Source of the DNA: Octopus sinensis
Lineage: Eukaryota
Length of the DNA: 64,000 nucleotides
Direction: 5' to 3'
NCBI RefSeq assembly: GCF_006345805.1
Contig: NC_043004.1
Span: 43,710,001 to 43,774,000, forward strand
Shown one piece after another: positions 1 to 13,772 of the stretch. The notes below the pieces were generated by a model, which ran no database searches, had not been told where the DNA came from, and was given only the letters and a program-made list of their open reading frames with translations. The translations under genes were made by a program, and so were the position numbers. Positions within the stretch are counted from its first letter, which is position 1. Each line of letters begins with the position of its first letter.

Positions 1-139
1 GTCCAGATTTTTAACCATTGGTTTCGTGGTTGTTGTGTAAGGTATTGCATTTTTCAGCAGTTTTTTCTTCAATTTGGGTTGTTTTTTACTTACCTTTTTA
101 CATTCAGTGAGTTGGGTTGCTTTTTACTCAAGAACAACA

Positions 140-480
140 TAATTAACGAAACCTGCAAACAATCAGCAGGCAAATACATAAATATCCTAGCGCCAGAAAA
201 TTTAAAGTTATATCACATTATAGTCCATTATAGCTGGCCCAACATCTGAAACCCACCGCCTAAACAACATACTAGGCATCTTATTGAAAACCTTGCTGAA
301 ATACATCAACGGTTTCATTAGAGACGATCTAGATATGCATAAGCCCCTACGAAAAACAACTAATGAAGAGATATTGTTGGTTTCGTTCGATGTTATTAAT
401 ATTTACACCAATATCTCACATGACTATGGAATATAATCGATACAATTCTGACTGTAAAAGTATCCCCCAAACTTCCAGAA
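140..480 (+). pseudogene. Penelope-like element reverse transcriptase fragment (decayed)
   Basis: Frameshifted translation gives PIIAGPTSETHRLNNILGILLKTLLKYINGFIRDDLD and ILLVSFDVINIYTNISHDYG (PLE RT motif xLVSFDVxxLYTNIP); same family type as 58200-60035. Confidence 0.75.
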
Positions 481-531
481 CGCATATGTGTGTTTGCGCA
501 ATATCGATAACGTTACAGTGAAAATATTTGC

Positions 532-587
<56 letters not shown>

Positions 588-2265
588 GTTGTTGAGATTT
601 TCAACGAATTGAATTCCTAATATATAATGTCGGTGGGCCTAGATAGGTAATGCCAAGTTTTCCAGTACAGACAGGAGGCATACCTTTGGAAAATATGAAC
701 TATGGAAAACATAGTTCGCTCAAAATCAGATCGCAGCGTCCTATTGTAATCGATGGAAGAAGTGAAAAATGTCGAACTGTTATTGGAAGGGCGATAGGGT
801 AGTTGTCCAAAGTAAATAGGATGCGCATTTTGGGACTCTGGACGCGGGACCTGGAGTGAAGTGCGTACTACTTGTATCTACAAAAACACGTACATATCGC
901 ATTTCGGTCACCATCTTTTCTTCCTTACGTTTTCGCATATACTTGCAAGCACTCTCAGTCGTCTCTTTTATTTTTATACAAACGCATGCTCACACTTGCA
1001 CACTCAAACTTTCACACATACTTTCATACTCCCTGACCGCTACGTTTTGCTTAACAACTGTATTTCAGACCATATTTGCACACCACTCGCGTACTCATTT
1101 TCATACATACACACGCACCTAGTCGCACCCAAATTTTCTTTCTTGTGTATCTTATACCGCTTTCTCTTCGATCTCCTTTATAAAGGATTTCATTTCCCTA
1201 AGTCATATTTTCCACTACCTGATTGTTCTATCTGTTCAAAACCACACATTCGCACTCAACTCTGTGATTTGTCAATTTTCCTTTCGCAGCAGATTGAAAA
1301 CATTCCCCATTTTGGAATCTCAGCATCTTAAGGTTCTCAGGGCTTTCTCTTTTTCTCCTTTTCCGTTATAAATGATTTGCTATCCGCTGCATGGTTACAG
1401 ATCAATTGGTAATCTTTCTAACTGCAACTCTTCTTTGTTTATTTTTCATCTGCTCCTCACTATCATATGGATAGCCGGAATTTGCACTTGAGCACTACTC
1501 TGGACAGCCATTGCATTTTAGTTATTTATATATTTTTATGATTTTTCTCCAAGTTTTCTCACACTTTTCTCTTATTCTCCTTTCACTTCTCTTTCTCTCT
1601 GAAATCTTTTGTCCATTAATTCAAATTTTTCGTGTTTTCTCTGTTGAGAAATTTTCTTTTACTCTTCCATTCGTTTATACTCTTTTTGTTTTTGTGTTGA
1701 ATTTTGTACGCTCTTCTGGCGCCTCCCTCGTTACTCAGTTACTTTCTTCTTTCTCAGATCTTCTTTCTTTTCTGGTGTTTTATTCTTTCCTCTTTTACTT
1801 CTCTTGTTTCAGAAGTCTCTTTTATATTTGAGCACCTGACACCCATAACCGTACATACACTTCTATCTATTATACACTGATACTTCACGTCTTACATTTA
1901 ACCACACAATCCCGCCCATTAAAACCTACTTAATCCCACGATTTCCTCGCACACTTTTAATGATTAGACATGCACAAATATCACTGTCCAGTAAACCAGA
2001 TCACCATAATCCCATACATACAAGCGCCAACAGTGATACACATTCACCAGAAAATCATATGTAGCCACCCTCATTTTGCACACCACAACACAGTTATGGA
2101 GTCCTACATGCCATTATACCTGTCTTAACTCCTCGCATAGAACTACAGTCCCACCTAGTTCCTAATCCCTCCATCAATTTTTACCTGTTTAATCACCTCT
2201 TCTTTTTGCTTCTGTTCACTGCCTTCACAATATCTCTTTTATAGACGCAAATGATAGAATATATA

Positions 2266-2339
<74 letters not shown>

Positions 2340-2345
<6 letters not shown>

Positions 2346-2769
2346 TGTAGGATAAAACTTTTTCGAAAAATATTTTTATCAATGGCCAGCATATTAAAAG
2401 ATACATTTAAAGGTTAAATTTATATACAACTTATAAACAAGGGCAAAAGAAACAGATTCTAATGCCAAATATGCCGAAATTGACTTAATCGTCAAAACCA
2501 TGTAATTTATCACTATAAGCACGTATTTCGAAGAGAACCGACGGAAATTTCTAAAAAAATTCCGTTATTACCATATCGGACCTGATTTCAGAGTTAGTTC
2601 CTAAGAACCTTCCCTTCGTCAGTGATAAATGCGGCAAAGGAATAAATGAAATACTTACTCATACCCATGGAAGAAGCAATCACTAAGCCACGAGCACAAT
2701 TAAGTACCCCAAATATATCCAAAATAGAATTTCTCCAGCCCATTCGAGACACGTGCAATTTGAACCGAA

Positions 2770-2770
<1 letters not shown>
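2340..2770 (-). mobile_element. PLE terminal (pLTR-like) remnant between (TA)n arrays, carrying a hammerhead
   Basis: Non-coding segment flanked by (TA)n and containing the hammerhead at 2568-2628; PLE assignment inferred from the hammerhead type. Confidence 0.5.
2568..2628 (-). ncRNA. Type I hammerhead ribozyme
   Basis: Minus strand TTATCA-CTGACGA-AGGG aag GTTC ttag GAAC taa CTCT-GAAA-TC aggtcc GAT-A-TGGTAA: intact core, 6-bp stem I, two-part stem II, near-palindromic stem III, AUA triplet. Confidence 0.75.
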
Positions 2771-2813
<43 letters not shown>

Positions 2814-2826
2814 TATATATATTATA

Positions 2827-2859
<33 letters not shown>

Positions 2860-2876
2860 ATATATATATATATATA

Positions 2877-2994
<118 letters not shown>

Positions 2995-2998
2995 TATA

Positions 2999-3080
<82 letters not shown>

Positions 3081-3544
3081 AAGTGCAGCACATACAAATA
3101 ACAGGAAACATGATTCATCACTCATGAATTTGAATTCAAGAATTGATATGGAACTAATATACAGAATGAAAATCTGGTCTCAGCATATTGGCAACTTCAG
3201 GGTTAATAGAAGAATGAAGTTTCAGTGTAAACTGTTAATCAAAAGTCTTCGAAAGCACACCCCATATTATAAGTTGCTTGAATCTACGAGAAAGACAGAA
3301 CGGATGTTTAAACTGCATCAACAAAGCACCTGCTCCGAAAGGTAATTGAGTTTAGCAGATCATATGTAACCATCGCCAGCAGTGACATATATATGATAAT
3401 GATCGCAAGGAAGCAATTATTCTTTCATAATGTTTCATAATGGGTGAAAGAGAGCTATGGTAATGCAGGAATAACTGATTTAATTGGTTTTCATCTCATA
3501 AATGTTATTATAAAACAGATAAAAGAAGTGTGTGTGTGTGTGTG

Positions 3545-3576
<32 letters not shown>

Positions 3577-3592
3577 GTGTGTGTGTATCCGC

Positions 3593-3647
<55 letters not shown>

Positions 3648-3825
3648 ATATATAATATACATATATATATTCAGGAAGTAAGTGGTGGAAAAATAACAGG
3701 AATAAGTTGGTCGTTTGCGATAGTAAGACATTAATTTAATTAATTAATAAGGTGGTAGTAATAGTACATTTAGGATTTTTCTGTTTACCAGTTGTAGTGG
3801 TAGACGTCATCAGAATGTGGAGCCA

Positions 3826-4700
3826 TATGGAGAGATAAGAAGAGCGAAACACATTGGGACAAATTTTGGCAAAAGATTGGCGATACCTGCTCAGAGGCCT
3901 ACGCACAATTTTCTGAAAGTTTTTATCGTTCTCGACACAAAGAGATCTTGTCCAACTGAAGCTCGATTGTCCCTTTGGTCAGCGGAAAGCAGTATTAGAA
4001 CAAACTTCGCAGATACGCGTCTCATACCCAACTATTCAGTGATAATGAACTGAACACTGACTAATCTGCACACCCTCTGATACCTCACGGATGGTGGTTT
4101 GACGATTTTTCCTCACAGCTGCACGCTTGGTGAGCTGGCAAAAGCGTTAGCACGCCGGGCGAAATACGTGGCCGTATTTCGTCTGCCGTTACGTTCTGAG
4201 TTCAAATTCCGCCAAGGTCTACTATACCTTTCATCATTTCGGGGTAGATTAAATAAGTACCAATTACGCACTGGGGTCGATATAATTGACTTAATCCCTT
4301 TGTCTGTCCTTGTTTGTCCCCTCTATTTTTAGCCCCTTGTGGACAATAAAGAAATATATATGTGATGTTTTTCTCGATTCTACAGGTTGCAGGTCACCCA
4401 GAACGTTTGTCAATATCGACATTTTTTCAGCCATCTTGGAAACTTGTGAAACACTGATACACTTGTGTGTGGCTCATACACTCCTTTACATACATTTTCT
4501 GCAACATTGCGTAGGCCACTGAGTAGGAGTCACCATGGCAGCTTTCTCTGTCATGGTCAAAGCGACGACCACATGCTACACACTTGCACTCCCAGCAATG
4601 CTGTAAACAGCGGAAAAGAGCTAGAACGTTATAATTTAATGTGCCTGCTCATCAGAGGTGAGGGTGAATCTGTGCTAAGCGGCTTCACTGTAAGGGCTGT
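3826..4700 (-). mobile_element. Decayed mariner transposon, interrupted by a SINE and with an inverted N-terminal piece (3826-3930, + strand)
   Basis: Minus strand encodes AYAMLQKMYVKECMSHTQVYQCF...KRSG (HTH) and RAAVRKNRQTTIREVSE...LGMRRVSAKFV; plus strand 3826-3930 encodes FWQKIGDTCSEAYAQ. Confidence 0.8.
4129..4356 (+). mobile_element. tRNA-derived SINE (family B) inserted in the mariner
   Basis: GGTGAGCTGGCA...GTTAGC head, GAGTTCAAATTCC B-box, shared body with copies at 13228-13346 and 60133-60348. Confidence 0.85.
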
Positions 4701-5075
4701 ATCTTAGATATTATGGCGGCAATCCCTATATGTATTGGTCAGAACTCATTTGAATATGTATAATCTAATACAAGGAAACAAGCTCCCCTTATAGTTGATA
4801 TATAAACGCATGTACTGGTCGATGAATACGTGTTATAACTAAGATTATATAACTCTTTCTATAATGTTTTTATGTACGACTTAAAGATTATATATTTTTA
4901 AGCGCATTTGACACAAACTTTAAATATATGATTGAGTACATATACAAATAAATTTATTGTAAAGTTTATTGTAATTTCACTGAATTGTTAACATATTTAA
5001 CATGAGGTAATTGTTTTGTATTTGTAATGAATCTTCTTAATGATTCATAAATTTATTGATAATTTATTTTTTCAT

Positions 5076-5398
5076 GACTGGCTCTGTGGTAAGTAGCATG
5101 CTTACTAACCACATAGTTGCCGGTTCAATTCCAATGCGTGTGTGTAGGTGTGTGTGTGTCTGTATGTGCATGTTTGTGTGTCTGTGTGTGTATGATTGTG
5201 TGTGTGTGTGTGTTTGTCCCCCCACGGTCGCTTAACACCCGATTTTGGTGTGTTTACGTCACCATAACTTAGCGGTTAGGCAAAAGAGAACGATAGAATA
5301 AGTATTAGTATTACAGTAAGTACTGGGGTATATTTGTTCGGCTAAATGCAGTCCTCCAGCATAGTCACAGCCAAATGACTGAACCGAATAAGAGAATA
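5076..5398 (+). mobile_element. tRNA-derived SINE (family A), degraded and internally deleted
   Basis: TGGCTCTGTGGTAAG...GGTTCAATTCC head, (TG)n middle, 3' half similar to 6811-7190. Confidence 0.75.
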
Positions 5399-5501
5399 TA
5401 AGAATATGACGTACATGTTTATTTATATAAAGATTTGCCATAAGTTTCTAACTATTAAATAAAGGGTTTTTAAAGATTGTTAGAACACTTTTATTATAAT
5501 A

Positions 5502-5905
5502 ACTAGCAGTATCGCCCGGCGTTGCTCGGGTTTGTAAGGAAAATAACTATATAAGCATTTTTAGAGAGTTATAGCCAAAAAATAGCAAAAAATGCATTAA
5601 AAATGGAAAAAAAAATTATGGTAAATTTTTATTTAAATCGTTGACTCATCGTAGACATTTTTAGAGAGTTACTTCCCTTATATAATAGCGAGAAAATGCA
5701 TAAGAATGGAAAAAAATGATGGTAATTTTTTTTTTAAATCGTAGACTCATCGTAGACGCGCGCTAATACCCAAAAGGGCTCGATATGAATCACATCTATA
5801 AGATACCCGGTTTTGGTTACACTGCACCGCAAAATGTGGGAGTAGTTAGGAATCTAAATCGTAGGAGACAGACACTCACACAACTTCACTTTTATATATA
5901 AAGAT
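5502..5905 (+). mobile_element. Non-autonomous Helentron/HINE (Lep1/DINE-1-like) element, copy 1
   Basis: Starts ACTAGCAGTATCGCCCGGCGTTGCTCGGG (subterminal hairpin), has an internal tandem duplication, ends TTTTATATATAAAGAT; second copy at 56164-56548. Confidence 0.65.
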
Positions 5906-6032
5906 GTTATTTTTGGAACATATGGATGCATACACATAAATTTACATGAGCTTATAGTTTATTTTCTTTATAACAGAAATAGCAAATATACGTAACTTTT
6001 GATTGAATTATTTTACGTACACATTCGTATAA

Positions 6033-6366
6033 ATCCTTAATCCTTTAATCCTTAAAAATGTTTCAGCCCGAAAGCTGTGGCCATGTTGGGGAACCACCGC
6101 CGAATGAGCTACACTAGTACGTAAATCCACCTCTGATATGTGGCACTTGGTCAACAAGGGAGTTCGATGCCGCTGCCCGCATCCGTGTCTCCTGCCGAGA
6201 GGTAGGTTCATCTGGGACCCCCAACAAGAAGAGATCCAGTTTAGTTTTAAAGAAATCCGCATCCACACCATGCAAGTCTCTCAGACAGTTAGGGAGGATG
6301 TTGAAGACCTGTGACCCTCTGAAACTCAAGCTGTTGCAGTATCTGGTCCTACATTTTGATGGTGAC
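6033..6366 (-). mobile_element. 5'-truncated CR1/L2-group LINE 3' end
   Basis: C-terminal ORF2 peptide RYCNSLSFRGSQVFNILPNCLRDLHGVDADFFKTKLDLFLLGVPDEP, then a 3' UTR stem-loop and short TTAAGGA-like tandem tail. Confidence 0.8.
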
Positions 6367-6810
6367 GTTTGAAAAAAAAAATTATACGAGTATAATTTAT
6401 AATATCGGCGTATTGAGGATAAGGGATATTTTTTTCTGAGAAAATTTTTGTGTAAGAGATGTATTTTACTGTTTCAGCATAGATTCATTACGAATTGTTT
6501 CGGTTTTAAAATACTAAGACGCAGAAACATACTTAATTCAATATTCTTGAATATACACACATGCATTTTATCGTAATATTAGATTTTATTTTAACGTTTT
6601 TGACGCTCACACTTTAAGCATAAGCATATATTCATTAACTCAGTCTGTTTAAGGATTTCAAACTTCTATGTAATTTTTGTCTCCTTTACCCTAATGACAT
6701 TTTTATTCATCATATTTCCCAAATATGAAATAGCTTTCATACATATCATTCTAGTTTTAAGTTTAAATCAAATAATTGTAGGAATTATTAATAGTTATCT
6801 CTTTTATTTC

Positions 6811-7190
6811 TCTTTTACTTGTTTCAGTCATTTGACTGTGGCCATGCTGGAGCACCGCCTTTAGTAGAGCAAATTCTTTGTAAGCCTAGTACCTATTCTA
6901 TCGGTGTCTTCTGCCGAACCACTAAGTTACAGGGACGTAAACACACCGGCATCGGTTGTCAAGCGATGTTGTTGGGGGGGGGCAAACACAGACACATAAA
7001 CAAACACACATATGCATATATATACGACGGGCTTCTTTCAGTTTCCGTCTACCAAATCCACTGACAAGGCTTTGGTCGCCGGGAGGCTATAGTAGAAGAC
7101 ACTTACCCAAGGTGCCACGCAGTAGAACTGAACCCGGAACCATGTGGCTGGTAAGCAAGCTACTTACCACACAGCCACTCCTACGCCTAT
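6811..7190 (-). mobile_element. tRNA-derived SINE (family A), full length
   Basis: A-box TGGCTGTGTGGTAAG, B-box GGTTCAGTTC, central body, LINE-like 3' tail GGCGGTGCTCCAGCATGGCCACAGTCAAATGACTGAAAC; near-identical copy at 62075-62474. Confidence 0.9.
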
Positions 7191-9430
7191 ATTATAAATA
7201 ATAATATAATATTATGTTAATAAATTAACATGTGTCAGTTTAAATTCTCCATTAATTTTATTAGACATATATATATATATATATATATATGCGTGTGTTT
7301 CTGTGTGTGTGTGTGTGTTTTCGCGCGCGCGTGTGTGTGTGTATGTGTGTGAATGTGACAAATTTCGTCCAGTACCAGTTGCATAGTTCTACAAACAAAC
7401 CTCTAAATGTACGATAGATACCCAGTAACCAATATTCTGGCCATATTATTTGACATATTATAAAAACCTATTTTTAGTAGTTTTGTCTATCGTCTTTTTT
7501 TTTGTGTTAAAACAAATTTGATGTGCACAGGTAATACTACACAATTGTCTGAAATACGTTGTGTTCAACCGATATAAAATTTGCATCCATTGCTTTACAC
7601 ATATATGGGAACGGCTTTGGGCAGTAATGTAATTTTTATGCTTGCATTTTTCGTGCCCATAATTTCATATAAGGCTACATATTGCATGTTATTAATAACA
7701 TGATATAGGGCACTTTTGAAAACGTAGAGATTAAAAATATCAATCTTTGTTACAAGAAATTACTCCAATGTAAACTGCAGAAGCCTTACCCCACGTAAAT
7801 CTCAATAACACATGAGTATCAAATATAGACTATATGTTACAGAAAACATGTGTGTGTGTGTGTGTCTGTCTGTCTGTCTGTCTGTTTGCGTGCGCCTGTA
7901 TATGGCTGTGTGTATGGATGTGTATGGACATGGATTTTATCTTCACCGCGTCAGAATCGGTACTTTTTCCAACCTGTCCCTGAAAACAATTAATTCCGCA
8001 AAATTGAATAAGCGATTGACACGTAATCATATCAGTATTGATGCAATGTTATCGACTAAACGCTTCGAGGTGGTTCCCTGACATGCTAGCAATCCAGTGA
8101 CAATTGAATTGATAACAGTATTAAATGTTTACAACCATTCGAAGCACCACCGTTATGGTTTCATGATAACATAGGCAATTTATACAAATATAATCATCTA
8201 GGAATGTTTCTATGCAAAGTTTAGGCTTCAATACTGTTCCTCATATACACAGAGGTACACGACAACATATCTGAAACTTTCATTGTTGGCGTTTGTTTCC
8301 TTCAGTTTCGTAAAGAAGATGTGATCGTTTTTTCTAGTTGTGAACGGTATGATATCGAATGCTATATAATGATATTTTAATCTATTTATGATTGATATAG
8401 TCTACATGTAAATGACGGACATTTTAGAAATGTTTATTTTAAAATTGCATTTTATCTCGAAGCACATAAGACTATAAATAGTAGTATTTAAATAATTGGG
8501 GTGAAAAGTCAATATTTATATGCAATTTTCTATCCCAAAAAAGGCTTGGCTTTCAAACCAATAATTATATGCTAATATGTATATCCACGTGGGCTTCAAG
8601 GGCCGTTGTTCTAGAATAGAAACGAAGTATTTCACATTCACCCGAGAGTTTATAAATTTTCTCATATTAATAGAATAACTCAGATTTGAAAATATATTTC
8701 AAACGCAACTAGAAATTGAAGAGGGATCCCCAACGGATAAAAATCAATCTCTTCACCCCGCATCTGGAGAGGATTCCTTTTTTTCATCACAAATTCAAAA
8801 ATTGCGGAAATGTAGACATTTTGTTTACAAGATGCTACATAACGCAGTTATGAGACCAATGATACAATGCTGAAATTATTAGTTTTCGTGTTATTATTTT
8901 AAATCATTATTTTACCAGGTCAGTTACTCTGATGCTAACTTAAATTTCGTTACCAGACATATTGTCATAATTTTCTTTTGCGAATTCAATAAAAACTCTC
9001 TAACGATTGGTATACTTCAATAATTTCTGGTTTCTTGCATTAAGAGTAGTAAAAAATAAATATATAAATAAATGACATGAAAATTGGAAATGTTTTCGTT
9101 ATCCTGCTAAAGTTTTTAGACATATATACTCCAATTAAAGCAATGTTTTAGTAAACCTTACGTCTAAGTGTAGACGCGCAATAAGTTTTTATGTCTCCTT
9201 TTTATTCTTCCCAATATATAGATTACAAGTAGTTTCATTTAAAACTCTGACAAACATTACCAAGGAGATTGTAGACAAAATGACATTTATTGTGTTTAGT
9301 TTGCTATGAAAGCCAAACCAGAAAACTGAACTGATCAATAAAAGCATTAATCTGTTCGAAATAAATAGAACGCGTAGATAATGATAATGTACATGATTAT
9401 GTTTCTCTTATGGTGTTGATGGTGATGATA

Positions 9431-9461
<31 letters not shown>

Positions 9462-10080
9462 CGATGATGATAATGATGTGGAGGAGGAGGAAGAGGAGGG
9501 GGAGGAGGAGAAAGATTGGAAGAAATTAGAAAAATCTTGTGATTTCATTCAATTATACTATTGGTCTCGCAAATCCTATTATATATTATAAGCTAATGTA
9601 TCGTTAACTGTTGGGATTTATGCCTGTTTTTGGTGAAATTTCTGAAGCAAACGGTGATTGGCACTTTTTTAATATTTCGACTTAGCATCTTCTAGAAATA
9701 TTTTTTTTATTCCTGCAATTCAACCTTTTTTGCACTGAACTTACAGTAATATTCCGACTTTTATAAGTTAAGTACTTATATATAGGATACAAAATAACTT
9801 AATTGTGTGAGAAACTTACTTTATATGAAAATTCTAAAATACTGGACTTATATTCCTATTCTTTCACTATCTAAAGGAAAAAAAGAGAATCATTGAATCA
9901 GGTGATTTGAAAAATATATTTCTCATCATCTGATATTAGATACTGCCTAACCAAGAATATTTGACTATTCTTCATTACTCGTTTCACTATATAAATATTA
10001 AAGCAATGATTTGTTTTTGCAATAATTAATTATCAATTTCATTTCACTTCATTATGAAATATAGATATTTCATCTAATGA

Positions 10081-10118
<38 letters not shown>

Positions 10119-13100
10119 ACAAAGTGATGTTTTATTGTCCCTTTTTGTATCACCTAGTTGTCCAGATGTTTTGTATTCTTGTCCCAGTTTGTATTATATA
10201 TATATAATATATTTATAGCAATTTACCAACCGACGAATATCAAGCAGGCAATGTATTTAATAAATGTTTAGAAATATAGCTTGCAAGTTGTGAATTACAC
10301 AAAACAATGATTAGCTTTAAAAGAAGGATTTCATTAAAATTATAACATATTATTTTACTTTTCAAAATCTTAGTAATGATAGACACAATAGCATTGTTCT
10401 TCTTCTGCATTTAATTATCTAGGCGCTCGTTTGTTAGGCTAGGAGCTAATCCAAATTATATTTTACAGAGAATAAATGGTAAATATACAGATAATTAATC
10501 TGGATTTTTTTCTCACATATGAATTAGTTCATTCGTTGCAGGAGCTTAACTCATATCTTGTTAGTTACAAACTAATCGCATAAATTCCATTGCGTTCGGT
10601 TGACTGAAATCTAGCTTATGATACCTATACACACAGCACAAATTGTTTGTAACTTTGCTAATATAAAGTAATTTAACTCTAGACATGTGGATTGCTCTCA
10701 AGACTCAGAAGATTATAATGCTTTACTAAAATATCATCCAATTTCACTATTGAAACGGAACGTGATGATAATAATTATTCCTAAGTACACGACGACTGTT
10801 CTCCTCTACAAGTTTCTGCGATTTTCTAACGCTTAAAATGTATTTTAACTGCATAAATTCTATAATATCTTATTTTCTTGTAAATTTCATCTAAATTCAT
10901 ATGAATAAATATTTAAAAGACTGACAGGAATTAGCATTTCAAAAGGACCATGTTCTCCTCTTGTTTAAAGTAGAATTTTTGTTTCTGCATTACCATTATT
11001 AAACAATAAATTAAAGTGAATATTTCTTCATTAAATGAAATGATGAACATTTCTGTGTTTGTTCTTCATGTGAAAATTGTCAAAATTTTTCATTTCACTG
11101 TACATTAATTTGTCACTTATGTACAGGACAGTGGCATGCTGGTTTATGTACACATTTCAAGCCGTAATATTGTATGAACATTCTATAGCTTGTTATATCT
11201 GATAGGTTTAATTATCTAGGCACAACAGTCAGCATTGAAAGTTAGACGCATGTTAAGATTGCTAGAAGCATATTACTTCCCAAATTAAGAATGCTTATAG
11301 AGAAAAAGAATATAGCTATATACTTCATGAGAAAGATAGGACAAAGTGATACCACACCATAAATATTCTTCATAATAACAATAAAGTTACCAAACTCATT
11401 TGTAGATAGGAATGAGTAGCATACTGGAGATGAATTGATTGCCGAAATTTATTAACTGTAGTATATGAAGTGTTAACTTTCAACTTGTTTTATGTGTTGA
11501 TGTATAGAATGGGAAAAGTAATACTGCACATTCCGGTAATACCGTATAGGGAGACGTGATCAGCCCCAATACATTTAAATCATAGGGATTTGAAAATCCA
11601 GATTTTGTTTTAAATTCATTATGTCTAGAGGTGCATTATCTTGGAAGGTAGTTATTATTCATTCATTTTTTGAAGACGATAATAATATTTTTTTCAGTAA
11701 ACACCTTTGTTTAATTCTCAAATTTACGTAAAAAATATTTGATGAGACAAATCCTTCAAAATTTCATATTTCATACATTTGATAATAGTATACATCTAAG
11801 GTGAGAAATATCTTAATGATATGTTAGCTAGACATAAGTTCCGCAAGCAATTTGAGGTAGAGCAAGTATTACAAACAATCATTCAATTCAAAAACATGGG
11901 GCCCAAGTAGTCATTAGGTATCACAGTATTAAAATATACAGGAAAGTGGTTATTCGTTGCTATGGTTCCGTCTTATTCCGAAGAAAAAACATTGTAACAT
12001 ACACATCCAACTTTTCTTTTAGATATATTATATTCAAAACAGTCTTGCTTGCAATCAAAGCAAAACAATATATTCTTTATATTTGTACTATTTAAATTTC
12101 CTTCTGTTACTTTTTTTTACGTAGAGAAATACATAAATGTTTCCAGTTTACATTTATAAAGGACCTTTGAACCCCTTGAAAGTAAAAAAAAAAAGAACTT
12201 CTTAACTTGAATAGAGTTTTGTGACTTCACGAAAAATATTATTAAATGTTTTATGTTATTTTACAACAAAACCAGAAATCAAACTACGGAAGTAAATGTG
12301 CGTAAATATGTTGTACCTTAACCTTCAGCTTCCAAAATTATTCTAGTTGAAATTTGGTCCTCATAAAATACCGTCTATCAGTACCTGTCTGCGTTGCTGT
12401 TCAGTCCGAAGATTTCACTTTATTTACTTTATAATAAATTATCATGTAAATTAGTTGTTGACGGATGCGGTTAAATGAGATAAGTACAACTCTGAAAGCT
12501 ATGATGGGTGTTTTTAAAATTCTGAACGCCTTGTCAAGATTGGTTACTCTATAATACTATAATTTCTAAGTAATCTTCTTTTAACATGAAGCACTATAGG
12601 ATGTTTTATAAATCAATGACTGATGAGTACTGATTAGATTCATGCAACTCGCAATAAATACGTATTAACATGAAGGACTCTTTAGTGAAATCGAAAAAGA
12701 GAATAGCAGTCTATCAAACTATGATATATTCCATCCCGTCAAATTTTAATCCCATTACCAAACAAATTAAAAATACCTTTTGTTTCACTGATAAAGAACG
12801 TGTCATGAAGTACAGTTGGCACTTTTATCTCCCCCTTCAATATTCCTCTATATACCCTCACGCACATGCACAGACGCATACACACACATACACACACAGA
12901 CACTGACACACATATTTGTTTACGAATGATGGCAGAGTCAGTGGACCTAATATATATACACACTATACATTTGTATCCCTGTGGATTACCTACATTTACG
13001 CCAATTTCGATATAAGACGAGGGCAAGGAATCGACATGACAAAAGAATGACTAAAATGAAATTGTTTAGTAAGCACGCTAGCTAGTGAGACGTAAATAGT

Positions 13101-13227
13101 CGAAAATTATAGAAAAAAGACATAAAATAATAATAATCTTGAAGTGCGTAATCACTTCTTATGAAACATATTCCAGCGCATATACGCTGCTTCAATGTAT
13201 GACGTAATATAAAAGCAAACAAAAGTC

Positions 13228-13346
13228 GGCGAGCTGGCAGAAATGTTACCATGTCCGTTATTTCATCAGTCTTTTCATTTGGAGTTCAAATTCCGCAGAG
13301 GTCTGTTTTGCCTCTCATCCTTTCAGGTTCGATAAATTAAGTAACC
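13228..13346 (+). mobile_element. SINE family B fragment
   Basis: GGCGAGCTGGCAGAAATGTTA...GAGTTCAAATTCCGC matches 4129-4356. Confidence 0.75.
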
Positions 13347-13352
13347 GTTGTG

Positions 13353-13772
13353 GGATCTTTTCGGTTTTAACATAATTTCTAGATAACTAAAAAATTTTAA
13401 ACTTCGTATACTGGTAGAATGTGTATATAAAACATCTTTTTCTCGTGGCTTTATTGAGAAAATTCTATAGTTTGTAAGATATTTGTTGTTTTTTTCTTCA
13501 ATTTCTGCAATTTCAATCAATCAATTACGTCCATTGAAGTAAAGAAAAACATTCTGTGCCGTATGAATATGTCCCTCGTTTAAGGAACAGATTGGGTTTA
13601 TTTACATTTGTGAAGAAAAAAAGATACCCTTCCCCCACCACTAACCCTATCCCTAACCCTAACCCTAACCCTAAAACATTGAAATGCAATAGATCGATAA
13701 TAGGGTCATAATTATGGGTGACAATTTCATATGACACCGCTAGAAAAACTGTCGTTCAAACCGAAAAGATCT
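13353..13772. mobile_element. MITE with about 25-bp TIRs and an internal telomere-like (CCCTAA)n, copy 1
   Basis: Ends GGATCTTTTCGGTT.../...CGTTCAAACCGAAAAGATC; (CCCTAA)n near 13645-13672; inverted copy at 57565-57991. Confidence 0.8.

Noticed and set aside
850-1860. Pyrimidine-rich plus-strand ORFs and a possible LINE ORF1 on the minus strand
   Set aside because: Many stops on the minus strand and no motif I could identify; the plus-strand ORFs are low-complexity
3764-3820. Minus-strand CTGATGA...GAAA with a possible stem II
   Set aside because: Stem III is one pair and not palindromic, and the 10.1-11.1 position is mismatched; likely chance
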